Positions 49,825-60,933 of a stretch of 64,000 bases of DNA are shown here, piece after piece. The stretch is from Fimbriimonadia bacterium. GTDB lineage: Bacteria > Armatimonadota > Fimbriimonadia > Fimbriimonadales > JABRVX01. Both the position numbers and the translations under genes were made by a program. The stretch is taken from the NCBI GenBank assembly GCA_041483895.1, contig JBGPGO010000009.1, forward strand, positions 32,001 to 96,000, given 5' to 3'. Within the stretch, counting starts at the first letter, position 1, and each line of letters begins with the position of its first letter. Under the pieces are notes generated by a model. The model was not told the origin of the DNA and made no database searches. It was given only the letters and a program-made list of their open reading frames with translations.

Positions 49825-51485
49825 GGATCGCCGACCGCGCCGTAGTTGAGGAAGACGATGCTGATATCTTTGACGTCCACCATTCCTGATTCGTCGAGGT
49901 CGGTGAAATCGGTGGGTGTGGTGGATCCGTAATCTACGAAGATAGCGGAGAGATCCACAAGATCGATTCGGTTGTTCCCGGTCGCGTCGCCATTGATTAG
50001 GGAGAGAACGGCCGATTCCGCGGGCGCCGAGCGCCGCAACCAGTGGGTCTGTTTGAGAGAGATGTCAACCGGTCCACGCGGGACTCGGATGGTAAAGACT
50101 CCCTGATCATCGAGCGCAACATCCTCGCCGCCGAAGGGCCGGACCGAGCCGCCGTGACGAACATCCAAAAACACCTGGCTCGGCATAGCGCCCGCCAGTC
50201 CGTCGAAACCGATGCTCCCAGATACTTCGGTAGGTCTCGTATCGATGCGGAAGATGTCCCGCAGGCCGCCGGTGTCGCCCTCTACCAGATTCGTCGCATC
50301 GCTCTCCAGCGCGAACATCCGGCCATCCTCGCTGACGGCGGGCGCGAAGGAACTCTTGTCTCCCGCAACCCCTGCTGACGAAGCGCTGATGCATTCTGTC
50401 GCGCTGGTTCTGCGGTCGTGGACGAAGGCGTCGGTTTTGCCATTGGTGTCCCCGGCGGCGAGGTTCGCAGCGTCGCTCTCGAACGAGACGTACCTGCCGT
50501 CGAAAGACAGGGCCGGCCACCGCGAATTGTCATTCCCTTGGGCGCCATCCCACGATCGGGACACCAATTCGGTCGTTCCGTTCGCCAAATCCCGAACGAA
50601 GACATCCATTTTGTTGTTGGCGTCTCCCGCCACGATGTCCGAGCCGCCGCTATGGAATGCCACCAACAGCCCGTCTCCGCTTACAACTCCGCTGGCCGCG
50701 CCGCCGACGCTGGGTGTTCCACTTTGAGAAACGCTTGCGCAGACGGTGGTTCGCATTAGCCGATCTCGGACAAAGGCGTCGCTCGTATTGTTCTTGTCGT
50801 TCGGGACCAGGTTGTCGGCGTCGCTGACGTAGGCCACGAAGCGGCCATAGGCGGAAATGGTGGGCCGATACGATCCCTTGTTGCCGCCTTTGCTGATCAT
50901 TTCGAGCGTTCTTTCCTGCCGATCGTAGAGGAAGATGTCGCTGGCGGCGTTCGTATCGCCGAGGACGAGGTTGCTGGCGTCGCTTTGGAACGCCACGTAG
51001 CGGCCGTTGGTGCTGATGGCGGGCTGCCAGGAGTTACCGTTGGCTTCTGCCCCATCCGCGGCCACGCTGATTCTCTCCGTGAGCCCGGTATCGACGTCAT
51101 GGACGAAGATATCGTTGAAGCCGTTTGTGTCGCCCGCTACTAAATTCGAGGCGTCGCTTTGGAACGCGACATGGAGCCCGTCGCCGCTGAGCGCCACCCG
51201 CCACGACTGGCCGTTGCCTTGGGTTCCGTCGCTCGCGACGCTCACCCGGATTGTCTGCCCGGTCGCAGCTTCCCACACGAACACATCATAGGCGTTGTTG
51301 GTGTCTGACTCGACCAGTTTCGAGGCCAGGCTATCGAAAGCGACGCGGCTTCCGTCGGCGGAGAGACTGCACCGGACGCAGAGCTTATCGGCCGCTGCGG
51401 TTGTCCGCAGCACGTCGAATTGGGCGGTAGCGAGGCTGGGAACGAATAGTAGACAAAGTACGTCTAATACAGAGGGTCGCTTCAC
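49821..51485 (-). CDS. Secreted TolB/PD40-like beta-propeller repeat protein with C-terminal dockerin-like module
   Basis: Repeated S.DGR.VAF.S.A.NLV.GDTN...D.F..D; tail KQTHWLR..NGDATGNNRIDLVDL. Confidence 0.88.
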   Translation of the reverse strand: MKRPSVLDVLCLLFVPSLATAQFDVLRTTAAADKLCVRCSLSADGSRVAFDSLASKLVESDTNNAYDVFVWEAATGQTIRVSVASDGTQGNGQSWRVALSGDGLHVAFQSDASNLVAGDTNGFNDIFVHDVDTGLTERISVAADGAEANGNSWQPAISTNGRYVAFQSDASNLVLGDTNAASDIFLYDRQERTLEMISKGGNKGSYRPTISAYGRFVAYVSDADNLVPNDKNNTSDAFVRDRLMRTTVCASVSQSGTPSVGGAASGVVSGDGLLVAFHSGGSDIVAGDANNKMDVFVRDLANGTTELVSRSWDGAQGNDNSRWPALSFDGRYVSFESDAANLAAGDTNGKTDAFVHDRRTSATECISASSAGVAGDKSSFAPAVSEDGRMFALESDATNLVEGDTGGLRDIFRIDTRPTEVSGSIGFDGLAGAMPSQVFLDVRHGGSVRPFGGEDVALDDQGVFTIRVPRGPVDISLKQTHWLRRSAPAESAVLSLINGDATGNNRIDLVDLSAIFVDYGSTTPTDFTDLDESGMVDVKDISIVFLNYGAVGDP

Positions 51486-51543
51486 AGGATAAGTATCGGC
51501 GGCAAACAGGCAAGAAAAAGTCCCGGAAAATGGCTGATTTGGC

Positions 51544-51573
51544 TTGACTCCGACTATGGGGCTTTGCTACAAT
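51544..51573 (+). promoter_or_regulatory. Sigma-70 promoter of the 16S gene
   Basis: TTGACT-N18-TACAAT with an extended -10 TG. Confidence 0.75.
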
Positions 51574-51683
51574 AGCCCTCGCCCCTGAAATAGGGGGCGA
51601 ATGAGTTCGTTGGAAACTAGGTAGGTAAGCGAGCGCAGGTCCAAGTCAAAACAATGAGGGACGTAAGTGAATAACAAACGTTT

Positions 51684-53208
<1,525 letters not shown>

Positions 53209-53294
53209 TAAAGGAGTTACTCACGATACTCCTTGTATCAGGGACCGCGTTCACCCTACCTAGTTTTCAGCGAATTCCCGACAGACGCCGGACC

Positions 53295-53858
53295 GTGATG
53301 GGTTCGGCGTTTTCGCATTTGGAGGGCAGTTTGGACCGAATATTGCCACAAATTCAATCTTGGTTTGCCGCAAAAGAGAATCAAATCCAGTTGTTTGCTG
53401 ATTTGGATACGCGCGTTGAGGGATGGTTCAAAGGCGAACTCTTAACGCTGTTTTCCGAACTGGAGCAACAGGGAAAAATCCAAGGATTTCGCCGGGAGGC
53501 CAATCTAAGCAGCGACCAGAGGAAGAGAATTCAAGTTGATGTTGTAGTCCAAATCGACGGCGAACCGCATCATTGCGAACTGAAGGCTGCGTGCATCAGC
53601 CGGGCTGCAGGTACTCCTCGAAATCTCCATTTCTATTTTAGAGAGGATCATGTTGGATTTCAGAAGGATCTGGCAAAGCTTGGATTGCTCAACGTTCCAA
53701 ATCGATGGCTGATCGGATTCATATATCCGGCGCCAACAATGGCCGAATGGCAACGCGAAATTCTATCGTTATCGAAAAACCATGGACAATGGCAGTGCCT
53801 GACGTCTCCTGACTGCAATGTGCCACTCTTCATTGCCCTTTGGCGTGCTGATAGTTGA
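53295..53858 (+). CDS. Hypothetical protein, possible PD-(D/E)xK nuclease fold
   Basis: AT-richer ORF; VEGWFK..REA...VDVVV....CELKA pattern. Confidence 0.55.
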   Translation: MMGSAFSHLEGSLDRILPQIQSWFAAKENQIQLFADLDTRVEGWFKGELLTLFSELEQQGKIQGFRREANLSSDQRKRIQVDVVVQIDGEPHHCELKAACISRAAGTPRNLHFYFREDHVGFQKDLAKLGLLNVPNRWLIGFIYPAPTMAEWQREILSLSKNHGQWQCLTSPDCNVPLFIALWRADS

Positions 53859-53914
53859 AAGTTAGCGACGCAAGGAAGCCGGCGAAGTCGCCTTGAAAGA
53901 ATGCGAGAAATAAA

Positions 53915-54187
53915 ATGTACACGTTGATTCATGACGATGATGAAAGGTATTTCAATTGGCTCGCAACGAATCCGCGAGGCTTTGTTGTCAATTCGTATCT
54001 ACGACCAATCCCGAGTTATCTGGTGCTTCACAGATCAACCTGCCGCCATATCCAACGGCGAAAAGGCAAACGGTCGACGAAGGATTACATAAAGATTTGC
54101 TCCACGCAGGTTGATGAGCTTAGAAACTGGGCTCGGGACGACGTAAATGGAAAGCTGGTGGCGTGTGGATCATGCCACCCCAATTAG
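53915..54187 (+). CDS. Small hypothetical protein, putative Zn-binding
   Basis: LHRSTC...KICS...CGSC. Confidence 0.6.
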   Translation: MYTLIHDDDERYFNWLATNPRGFVVNSYLRPIPSYLVLHRSTCRHIQRRKGKRSTKDYIKICSTQVDELRNWARDDVNGKLVACGSCHPN

Positions 54188-54223
54188 GGCGTTCAACTCG
54201 GCAGCAACCTCTGTGGCTGGATA

Positions 54224-54754
54224 CTAGACGCTCCACCGGAATCCGCATGAATTGCATTCCCGGTGATACAAGGCTTGTCCTCGACGAGCCATCATGGGTG
54301 ACATCAAGGCCAGGGGCCAAGCGAACATACATCCCAAGCAACAAGCCCCATGCTCCATGGATCGATCGACTTGGCCCGGAATCCTGATTTGTCGAATATT
54401 TCGCGATTGACACTGTGGGCAGAATCCTTTGCCCGTGTTGACATTGAAGACTTCTTGCGGAGAGTACTTTTGCTTCAGCTTTGCCAGTTGAGAATTCTGG
54501 AGCATTTTCACGAATTCTGCACCGGTATCCGATTCCATGGATTCCGAGTACCTTGAAAACGCCTTTTGACATTCGTGTTGACGCCGGACAATTTCGTCGT
54601 GCTGTCTTTGCGCTTCCTCTACGGCGACGTATCGACGGCAGTCATCGCAATATAGTTGAGCGTCCGAAACCGCCCGCGGAATCTGTTGACGACATCGCGG
54701 GCAGTAAACCGGCTTAAGTTCATCTTCCGGAGTGAAGTTCATGCCTGTAGTCAT
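54224..54754 (-). CDS. Cys-rich hypothetical protein (double zinc ribbon, LITAF-like C-terminus)
   Basis: CPRC/CDDC and CPQC..hydrophobic stretch..CNSC. Confidence 0.6.
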   Translation of the reverse strand: MTTGMNFTPEDELKPVYCPRCRQQIPRAVSDAQLYCDDCRRYVAVEEAQRQHDEIVRRQHECQKAFSRYSESMESDTGAEFVKMLQNSQLAKLKQKYSPQEVFNVNTGKGFCPQCQSRNIRQIRIPGQVDRSMEHGACCLGCMFAWPLALMSPMMARRGQALYHRECNSCGFRWSV

Positions 54755-54788
54755 GCTACCCAATCTCGGTGTTTGGTAGAATGTCCTT

Positions 54789-55040
54789 ATGAGCAAGATG
54801 TTCAAGCTGCTGCTGGTTCTAACTCCTCAGCCGGAGGGGGGATATACGGTCACCTGCCCGGTGCTTCCCGAACTGGTCACGGAGTGCGACACGCCGGAGC
54901 AAGCGATCCCCAACGCCCAGGATGCCCTAGAAGGATTGATCGAGGTCTACCAGCAACTCGGGAAGCCCTTGCCCCCTGTTCTTTCGGACGTAGCGGAAAA
55001 CACCCCGCTGTGGATTGAAACGCTTCTCAAGGTGTCATGA
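54789..55040 (+). CDS. hicB: HicB family antitoxin
   Basis: EGGYTVTCPVLPELVTECDTPEQAIPNAQDAL. Confidence 0.9.
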   Translation: MSKMFKLLLVLTPQPEGGYTVTCPVLPELVTECDTPEQAIPNAQDALEGLIEVYQQLGKPLPPVLSDVAENTPLWIETLLKVS

Positions 55041-55249
55041 CCTACTCGGATGTCGTAAAGAAGCTCAAGAAGCTTGGATGCGAGGAAGTCGTGCGGAAGA
55101 ACCCAGGTTCCCATCGCTATTGGCGCAATCCGGCGAACGACCAGATAACGAGTGTGCCGGATTGGGGATCCAAAGATTTGCGTCTTGGCACCGTCCGGGC
55201 TGCAATCCGATCCCTCGGGATCGCGTGGGATGATTTCCGGCAGGCGTGA
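55037..55249 (+). CDS. hicA: HicA family toxin (mRNA interferase)
   Basis: KLKKLGC....GSHRYW...VPDWGSKDL..GTVRAAIRSLGI; ATGA overlap with hicB. Confidence 0.9.
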   Translation: MTYSDVVKKLKKLGCEEVVRKNPGSHRYWRNPANDQITSVPDWGSKDLRLGTVRAAIRSLGIAWDDFRQA

Positions 55250-55586
55250 GGGGTTGCCGATCCTACGCGGGCCTTGTGGTCGGCACATGTGAGTCATTCC
55301 GTAGCCGCGACCTCGAGTGCCGAAACCTGTCGTTCGTTTCATGGTCAATGGTCGCGTTCCATCGTATCGACTGCCTTCCATGCGACCACTGGCGGTATTG
55401 GCTTCTGGACGATGTCGGCAAACGGGGTCGCGGCTACCGGGGGTTGGCAGGGGACGGGGTTTCGGAGAGAGTGGGTTCGGACGGATCGGACGGATCGGGC
55501 ATTTTCGGGGAGGTGGCGGCGTGAAGAGTGAGCCCGAACGCGGCCGTTTGGTGGTCGGTGTGAATCGAAGGAAATTTCCATGCGGT

Positions 55587-55615
55587 GGCAGATTCCTCAC
55601 TCCGTTCGGAATGAC
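55587..55615. repeat. Short palindromic intergenic repeat (second copy at 57454-57482, related copy ~8132-8154)
   Basis: GGCAGATTCCTC(A/T)CT(C/T)CGTTCGGAATGAC occurs twice. Confidence 0.75.
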
Positions 55616-55623
55616 ATGAGGCT

Positions 55624-55894
55624 GTGTTCGGGTCTTGGATATTGGCGGGCCGGGGGTATCGGAAGGAGTGAACCCGAACACATCCTTTTCGTCGTGGTCG
55701 GGTCTTGGGTGTTGGCGGTCCAGGGGTATCGGAAGGAGTGAACCCGAACACATCCTCTACGTCGTGTTCGGGTCTTGGATATTGGCGGGCCGGGGGTATC
55801 GGAAGGAGTGAACCCGAACACATCCTTTTCGTCGTGTTCGGGTCTTGGATATTGGCGGTCCGGGGGTATCGGAATGAGTGAACCCGAACACATC
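55624..55894. repeat. Tandem array of four 70-bp units with terminal inverted repeats
   Basis: Units start at 55624, 55694, 55764 and 55834; each reads GTGTTCGGGT...ACCCGAACAC (one substitution in unit 2). Confidence 0.92.
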
Positions 55895-55958
55895 GTTCTT
55901 GGGGTGGAGCTGAGCTGATCCTTGGCCTTGTTGCGGGTGGGGCGAACGGCCTAATAGG

Positions 55959-55988
55959 TTGACATTCGTCTACTGCTTATGGTACAAT
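55959..55988 (+). promoter_or_regulatory. Consensus sigma-70 promoter upstream of mrr
   Basis: TTGACA-N18-TACAAT with an extended -10 TG. Confidence 0.7.
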
Positions 55989-56060
55989 ACGTTTTTTCTA
56001 ATGGTCCTTGACGGCGTTCTGATTTGAGCCTGGAATTCTTCAACTTGGAGGGAAGATGCG

Positions 56061-56948
56061 ATGCCTCGTGACGGGGGATACAATTGTGATGACAGCGATA
56101 GGGTGAGCGGCCTGGAACATGATTCGGCGGCTGCGGAGTGCGCGTGCCGCAGTGTCCTCCCGCCGACGAATCACGCGAATAGGGTTGCCGAATCCATTCC
56201 GGGGATCAAGGCCATCTTGCTTCCCACGCTCCAAGCGGTCGCCCGAGGCATGGATGCTAGGGTGCAGTCGATGGTTGGGTATTGCGCGCAGAGGCTGGGT
56301 CTCGTTCCGGCGCAACTGAGAGTACGCGCCGCGAATGGGCGACCGACCTTCGCCGCTCGCGTTTACTGGGCGCTGACGCAATTGAAGTCCGCCCGGCTGG
56401 TCGTCAATTCCGGCCGCGGGATATGGAATGTTACGGAATCCGGACGCTGGCTGCTGGCGAGCGAACCGGCAGAGGTGAATGTCTGCGCTATGAAGCGGAG
56501 TCCGGAGCCAACCGCTATCGATGTCGAGGCGGCGCAGTTGCTCCGCCAGTTGGAAGGCACGACACCGGTCGAATTCGAATCAATCCTGATGAAGCTGTTG
56601 GCCCGGATGGGATATGGGCGCCACCATCCCGGCTCCGCAACGCTTACGAGCAGAACTCACGACAGGGGGGTTGACATTCGAATCAGGCAGGATTGGCTTG
56701 GGTTCAACGAAATCTGCGTTCAGGCGAAACGATGGAAAGCGCAGAACGTAGGGCGCGTGGATATCCAGTCCTTTGTGGGAGCGCTGACTGGCGAACGAGT
56801 GACCAAGGGCATCGTTATTACGACCTCTGGATTCACGAAGGGCGCCCGGGAGTATGCGCGCCTTCTGCGGGATATTCACCTGATTCTCATCGATGGTTTG
56901 ATGCTGGCGAGGCTGATGCTCAATGTCGGTCATGAGACTTATCTGTAG
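56061..56948 (+). CDS. mrr: Mrr family (type IV) restriction endonuclease
   Basis: Mrr_N (RVYWALTQLKSARLV..GRGIW.VTESG) plus catalytic domain (FE..L..MGY, DRGVD, VQAKRW, GIVITTSGF, LIDG). Confidence 0.85.
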   Translation: MPRDGGYNCDDSDRVSGLEHDSAAAECACRSVLPPTNHANRVAESIPGIKAILLPTLQAVARGMDARVQSMVGYCAQRLGLVPAQLRVRAANGRPTFAARVYWALTQLKSARLVVNSGRGIWNVTESGRWLLASEPAEVNVCAMKRSPEPTAIDVEAAQLLRQLEGTTPVEFESILMKLLARMGYGRHHPGSATLTSRTHDRGVDIRIRQDWLGFNEICVQAKRWKAQNVGRVDIQSFVGALTGERVTKGIVITTSGFTKGAREYARLLRDIHLILIDGLMLARLMLNVGHETYL

Positions 56949-56972
56949 GTTCGCGTCAGGTAATCTGGGAAA

Positions 56973-57440
56973 ATGATCAGCACCGCGAAAACGGTTCAGG
57001 AATATCTCGACGGGTTGCCGCCGGATCGGCGCAAAGAGATTGATATCGTCCGGAAAGTGATAAAGAAGAATCTTCCCAAGGGCTATGAGGAGGGTGTACA
57101 GTACGGAATGATCGGCTACTACGTCCCGCACTCTCTGTATCCGGCCGGTTATCACTGCGATCCCAAGCAGCCGATTGGTTACATCGCGCTGGGTTCGCAG
57201 AAGAACTATATGGTCATCCATCTGATGTGTGTTTACGGCGAGTCGCCTTTGTCGAAGTGGTTTCAGGAAGCCTACAAAGCGAGCGGCAAGAAGCTGGACA
57301 TGGGCAAGGCGTGCGTGCGATTCAAGTGCGCCGAGGACCTTGCGCTGGATGTGATTGGCAAGGTGATTTCCAAGGTTCCGCCGGAGACAATGATCGCCAA
57401 GAATGAAGAGGCGCGGCAAAGAAAAAGCCGGAAGCAATGA
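56973..57440 (+). CDS. DUF1801 domain protein
   Basis: TVQEYLDGLP, LPKGYEE..QYGMIGY, SQKNY, LDMGKACVRFK. Confidence 0.88.
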   Translation: MISTAKTVQEYLDGLPPDRRKEIDIVRKVIKKNLPKGYEEGVQYGMIGYYVPHSLYPAGYHCDPKQPIGYIALGSQKNYMVIHLMCVYGESPLSKWFQEAYKASGKKLDMGKACVRFKCAEDLALDVIGKVISKVPPETMIAKNEEARQRKSRKQ

Positions 57441-57535
57441 GTTAGGGTTCGAGGGCAGATTCCTCTCTTCGTTCGGAATGACGCTACTGGAGGCTCCCGG
57501 CAGGAGCGGCCCGCGAAATCGAGTAAACTGGCCCC

Positions 57536-57811
57536 ATGACTGTGACGCAAAGAGAGACAATTCGCAGGGTAACGGAGCGCCACCGGGTTCGCCGCGTGCG
57601 GTTGTTTGGTTCCCACGCAAAGCAATCGCAGACGCTGGTCAGCGATCTGGACCTATTGGTCGATCTTGGACCTGAGAGAACATTGTTGGACATCGTGGCG
57701 CTCAAGCAGGACCTTGATGAGGCTTTGCAGATGCAGGTTGATGTGGTGACGGAGCAGGCTCTTTCCCCATACATCCGGGATCAGGTCCTGCGCGAAGCAA
57801 TCGACTTATGA
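57536..57811 (+). CDS. Minimal nucleotidyltransferase (MNT) antitoxin
   Basis: LFGSHAK...SDLDLLVD...VDVVT. Confidence 0.9.
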   Translation: MTVTQRETIRRVTERHRVRRVRLFGSHAKQSQTLVSDLDLLVDLGPERTLLDIVALKQDLDEALQMQVDVVTEQALSPYIRDQVLREAIDL

Positions 57812-58143
57812 GCTCCGACGCCGCATATTTGCAACATATTCTTGATGCAATCACCGCAATCGAAACCTATTCCAGCACTGGCCGTAATCAATTCGAGGCT
57901 TCAAAGATGGAACAAGATGCGATTATTCGGAACTTTGAGATCATCGGCGAAGCTACGAAGAAGCTCAATCGCACGCTGACTGCGCTTCAACCTTCCATCC
58001 CTTGGAAACAGATTGCAGGCATGCGCGATCTGTTGATTCACAATTATATGGGCGTCGATCTCGAAGCGGTCTGGAACGGCATCGTGCGCGACCTTCCGCC
58101 ATTGAAAGTAGCGGTTCGAAAAATGCTGGCGTCGCTTGACTAA
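57808..58143 (+). CDS. HEPN/DUF86 family toxin
   Basis: EIIGEA, IPWKQIAGMRDLLIHNY (Rx4H-x-Y); ATGA overlap with the MNT gene. Confidence 0.92.
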   Translation: MSSDAAYLQHILDAITAIETYSSTGRNQFEASKMEQDAIIRNFEIIGEATKKLNRTLTALQPSIPWKQIAGMRDLLIHNYMGVDLEAVWNGIVRDLPPLKVAVRKMLASLD

Positions 58144-58247
58144 CAATTGCCGTCTCGCGTGCCCAGAGTGGTTGCCGATCATACGCGGGCATTTGTGGTT
58201 GACAATTCCATGGATATCGGCAAGACGGCCCGCGTCTACTGGGGTAC

Positions 58248-59009
58248 TTAATTTGGATTCCAGCCCTGGAAGGAGCCGGAGACGGAGATGCCGTGGTCGT
58301 CGAACAGCAACACATCCAGGCCGATCGGGAAAAGCGATTTCTGGAACTCGTAGTTGGCGATCTGCGCGACCTGGGAGATGAGCGATTCCGCTGAGTTGGG
58401 AATCAGATAGACAAAGTCCCGGCATGGCAGCACCGTATACACCGGAAATCCCATCTCCTCCTTTATCCGTTTCAGCATCGCGCCGGCAAACACAAACGAC
58501 GCCTTGAGAATCGGATCCGCACCGATGGTATACAGTTTGTGCCCCTCCACCATCTCATGCCCGATCTCCGCCTGCGCCGATTTTGCGTTCAAGTTGCCCG
58601 CCGCCTCTCGGAACAAATCTTTCGTCGTCACGCCCCACTTTTCGCACAACTGGGGCGTCACCCAACTGACATACCCATGTTTCGGAAAAACATAGGACGG
58701 CACCAGCTTAATCATCCCGCAGATGTCCTCATGCTCGATGCCGGTTATTTTCATCCCTTTTCCCTCGACCGTCCATACAATGCCCGGCCGCGCTTCCTCC
58801 CATGTCGAAGGCATCACTGGCGCATCTGCCATCACGCCGGCCAGGAACTGATCGAGAAAGGCGGGATCGTCCGACATAGACTTGGAGCGCACATACATCG
58901 TGAAGGTTATATCTTTGTAGGTCGCCACCAGCCTGCCCGGCGCGATGCCGACGAGTGAGCAGTCGTTACGCTCAAACGCGTTGAAAATAGCCTGTTCCGT
59001 TGCATTCAT
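58248..59009 (-). CDS. Hypothetical protein
   Basis: Protein-like ORF with W.VT..DLF..A..NL and PCRDFVY; start uncertain. Confidence 0.6.
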   Translation of the reverse strand: MNATEQAIFNAFERNDCSLVGIAPGRLVATYKDITFTMYVRSKSMSDDPAFLDQFLAGVMADAPVMPSTWEEARPGIVWTVEGKGMKITGIEHEDICGMIKLVPSYVFPKHGYVSWVTPQLCEKWGVTTKDLFREAAGNLNAKSAQAEIGHEMVEGHKLYTIGADPILKASFVFAGAMLKRIKEEMGFPVYTVLPCRDFVYLIPNSAESLISQVAQIANYEFQKSLFPIGLDVLLFDDHGISVSGSFQGWNPN

Positions 59010-59243
59010 TCTAACCGCGATCATATCACAACGTTGTGAAAACGGGCCTACATTTCCGGCTGAATCCCCATTTGAATACAGGCCGGCGCTCCCAGAATGC
59101 GGTTGGGTCGGACAAATTCCCACGTTAGGATCAGATAAAAATACTTGCCATCTTGGCAAATCAGCGATATGATGTAGCTCGTTTGATTGTTGACTATTGC
59201 TCCTGGATGAAATCGCTAGTTAGCTAGATTGAAAGGAAGAATC

Positions 59244-59771
59244 ATGAGACATCGATCTTTGCACCTAGCCCTTTCGCTTGCCTTCGGCGCGTTTGCCGGG
59301 GCGGTCCACGCTACGCTCTTCACTGCGAGCATGGACGGACTACAGGAAAACCCTCCGACTGGTTCGCCGGCGGTGGGATACCTTACCGGGTCCCTCACTG
59401 GTGGTCCCGGAAGCTGGGTCTTCACCTACTCCTATAGCTACTCCGGATTGACCATCGGCGCGACGGCGGGGCACATCCATAACGCTCCCGTCGGCGTGAA
59501 TGGCGGGGTGAAGCATCCCTTGGACATTCAGCCGACCGGAACTTCCGGCGGGCCGTTTCCGGGAGACTGGCGCTTCGACGACGGCACCGGTCCGTTGTCG
59601 GACTTTCTCGCATCCGAGATGTTGATCGAGAGGACCTACGTTAACATCCATACGTCAAATTTCCCCGGCGGGGAGATTCGCGGACAACTGAGAGTCGTGC
59701 CCGAACCGAGCACGGTCGTTGCCCTATTGACCGGTGTTGGCGCGCTCTTTGCGAGGCGAAGAAAGTCCTGA
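59244..59771 (+). CDS. CHRD-domain protein with PEP-CTERM sorting signal
   Basis: GLQENPP, AGHIH, YVNIHTSNFPGGEIRGQ; VPEPS-TM-RRRK. Confidence 0.93.
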   Translation: MRHRSLHLALSLAFGAFAGAVHATLFTASMDGLQENPPTGSPAVGYLTGSLTGGPGSWVFTYSYSYSGLTIGATAGHIHNAPVGVNGGVKHPLDIQPTGTSGGPFPGDWRFDDGTGPLSDFLASEMLIERTYVNIHTSNFPGGEIRGQLRVVPEPSTVVALLTGVGALFARRRKS

Positions 59772-59785
59772 TATAGCATCTGGTG

Positions 59786-59813
59786 AGAGGCTTCCAGGGC
59801 GGGGGAAGCCTCT
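59786..59813 (+). terminator. Hairpin after the CHRD gene (diverged copy at ~60822-60848)
   Basis: AGAGGCTTCC...GGAAGCCTCT. Confidence 0.55.
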
Positions 59814-59898
59814 ACATTTGTGTACTAGTGTATTTTTTGGACCTGATCCTGGCTCTATGCGGTTACGGCATTTGGCAGTAAACTAAAGGGGGCAGACA

Positions 59899-60672
59899 AT
59901 GAAATCGGTCTTTATATATCTCCTCCCATTGATGGCGGCGGGGGGAGCTTTCGCTGCGACGGTCGATGTCCACATAGTGTCCAACAACTACTCACCACAG
60001 CATGTCACAATCAATCAGGGAGACAGTGTCCGCTGGATCAACGACGACATTGCGATCCATACGGCGACCAGCGGCACCGGTTACGTGCCAGACGGTGTAT
60101 TCGATACCGGTAACCTGGCACACAACGAGACATCCACCATACCATTCAACACGCCGGGCACCTATTTCTACTTCTGTATCCTGCACGAGGCGTTGATGGT
60201 GTTTGGGAACGACTACAGCGTTATCGTCAATGCGCCGAACTCGTCACTGAGCGGCAACATCGAACTCGATGGTTACTCGGCCGATCCGACTGGGCTGACC
60301 GCGACCCTGGAGTTTCGAACTCCAAGCACGACCAACGTGATCCACAGCTACCCGATCACTTTGAACGGTTCGTCCAACTACTCGGTCGCATCAGTGGTGG
60401 CGGGGACCTGGGATGTGGCAGTCAAATTCTCCCATTGGCTCCGCAACAAGGTCACATCCAAGGTGATCGTGGCCGGCGCGAATACGGTCGATATTTCGCA
60501 GCTCAACGGCGATGGAGACATGGATAACGCCGTGACGCTCGGTGATCTAAACTCTATCTTCATCAATTTCGCCGCACCCGATCCGGATAATGATCTGGAC
60601 GGGAGCGGCCAAGTAGACCTACCGGATTTGAACATTGTGTTCATCAATTTTGGCCAGGCCGGCGTGAGTTAG
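59899..60672 (+). CDS. Secreted cupredoxin (plastocyanin-like) + Ig + dockerin-like protein, copy 1
   Basis: GDSVRWIN..HTATS; YFCILHEALM type-1 Cu ligands; KFSHWLR, NGDGDMDN tail. Confidence 0.88.
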   Translation: MKSVFIYLLPLMAAGGAFAATVDVHIVSNNYSPQHVTINQGDSVRWINDDIAIHTATSGTGYVPDGVFDTGNLAHNETSTIPFNTPGTYFYFCILHEALMVFGNDYSVIVNAPNSSLSGNIELDGYSADPTGLTATLEFRTPSTTNVIHSYPITLNGSSNYSVASVVAGTWDVAVKFSHWLRNKVTSKVIVAGANTVDISQLNGDGDMDNAVTLGDLNSIFINFAAPDPDNDLDGSGQVDLPDLNIVFINFGQAGVS

Positions 60673-60689
60673 TCCTACTCCTTTATGCA

Positions 60690-60806
60690 ATGCGGGAGGG
60701 CCGGCGGATCATCCGTGGGCAAATGAACGTCGTGCCCGAACCAGGCGCGGTCGTTGCCCTATTGACCGGTGTTGGCGCGCTGATCGTGAGGCGGAGAAAG
60801 GCCTGA
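60690..60806 (+). pseudogene. Duplicated 3' end of the CHRD gene (PEP-CTERM-only mini-ORF)
   Basis: MREGRRIIRGQMNVVPEPGAVVALLTGVGALIVRRRKA versus EIRGQLRVVPEPSTVVALLTGVGALFARRRKS. Confidence 0.78.
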
Positions 60807-60933
60807 TTCCGCACGTGGTAGGAAGCTTCCAGGGCGGGGGAAGCCTCTTCATTTGTATACTGGTGTATTTTTTGGCACCGATCCTGCCTCTGTCTGGTTA
60901 CGGCATTTGGCAGTAAACAAAAGGGGGCGGACA

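Noticed and set aside
55624..55894. CRISPR array
   Set aside because: Units are near-identical along their whole length with no unique spacers, and there are no cas genes in the window.
53295..58250. Integron cassette array
   Set aside because: No integrase, mixed gene orientations, and only isolated TAAC/GTT motifs without convincing paired attC structures.
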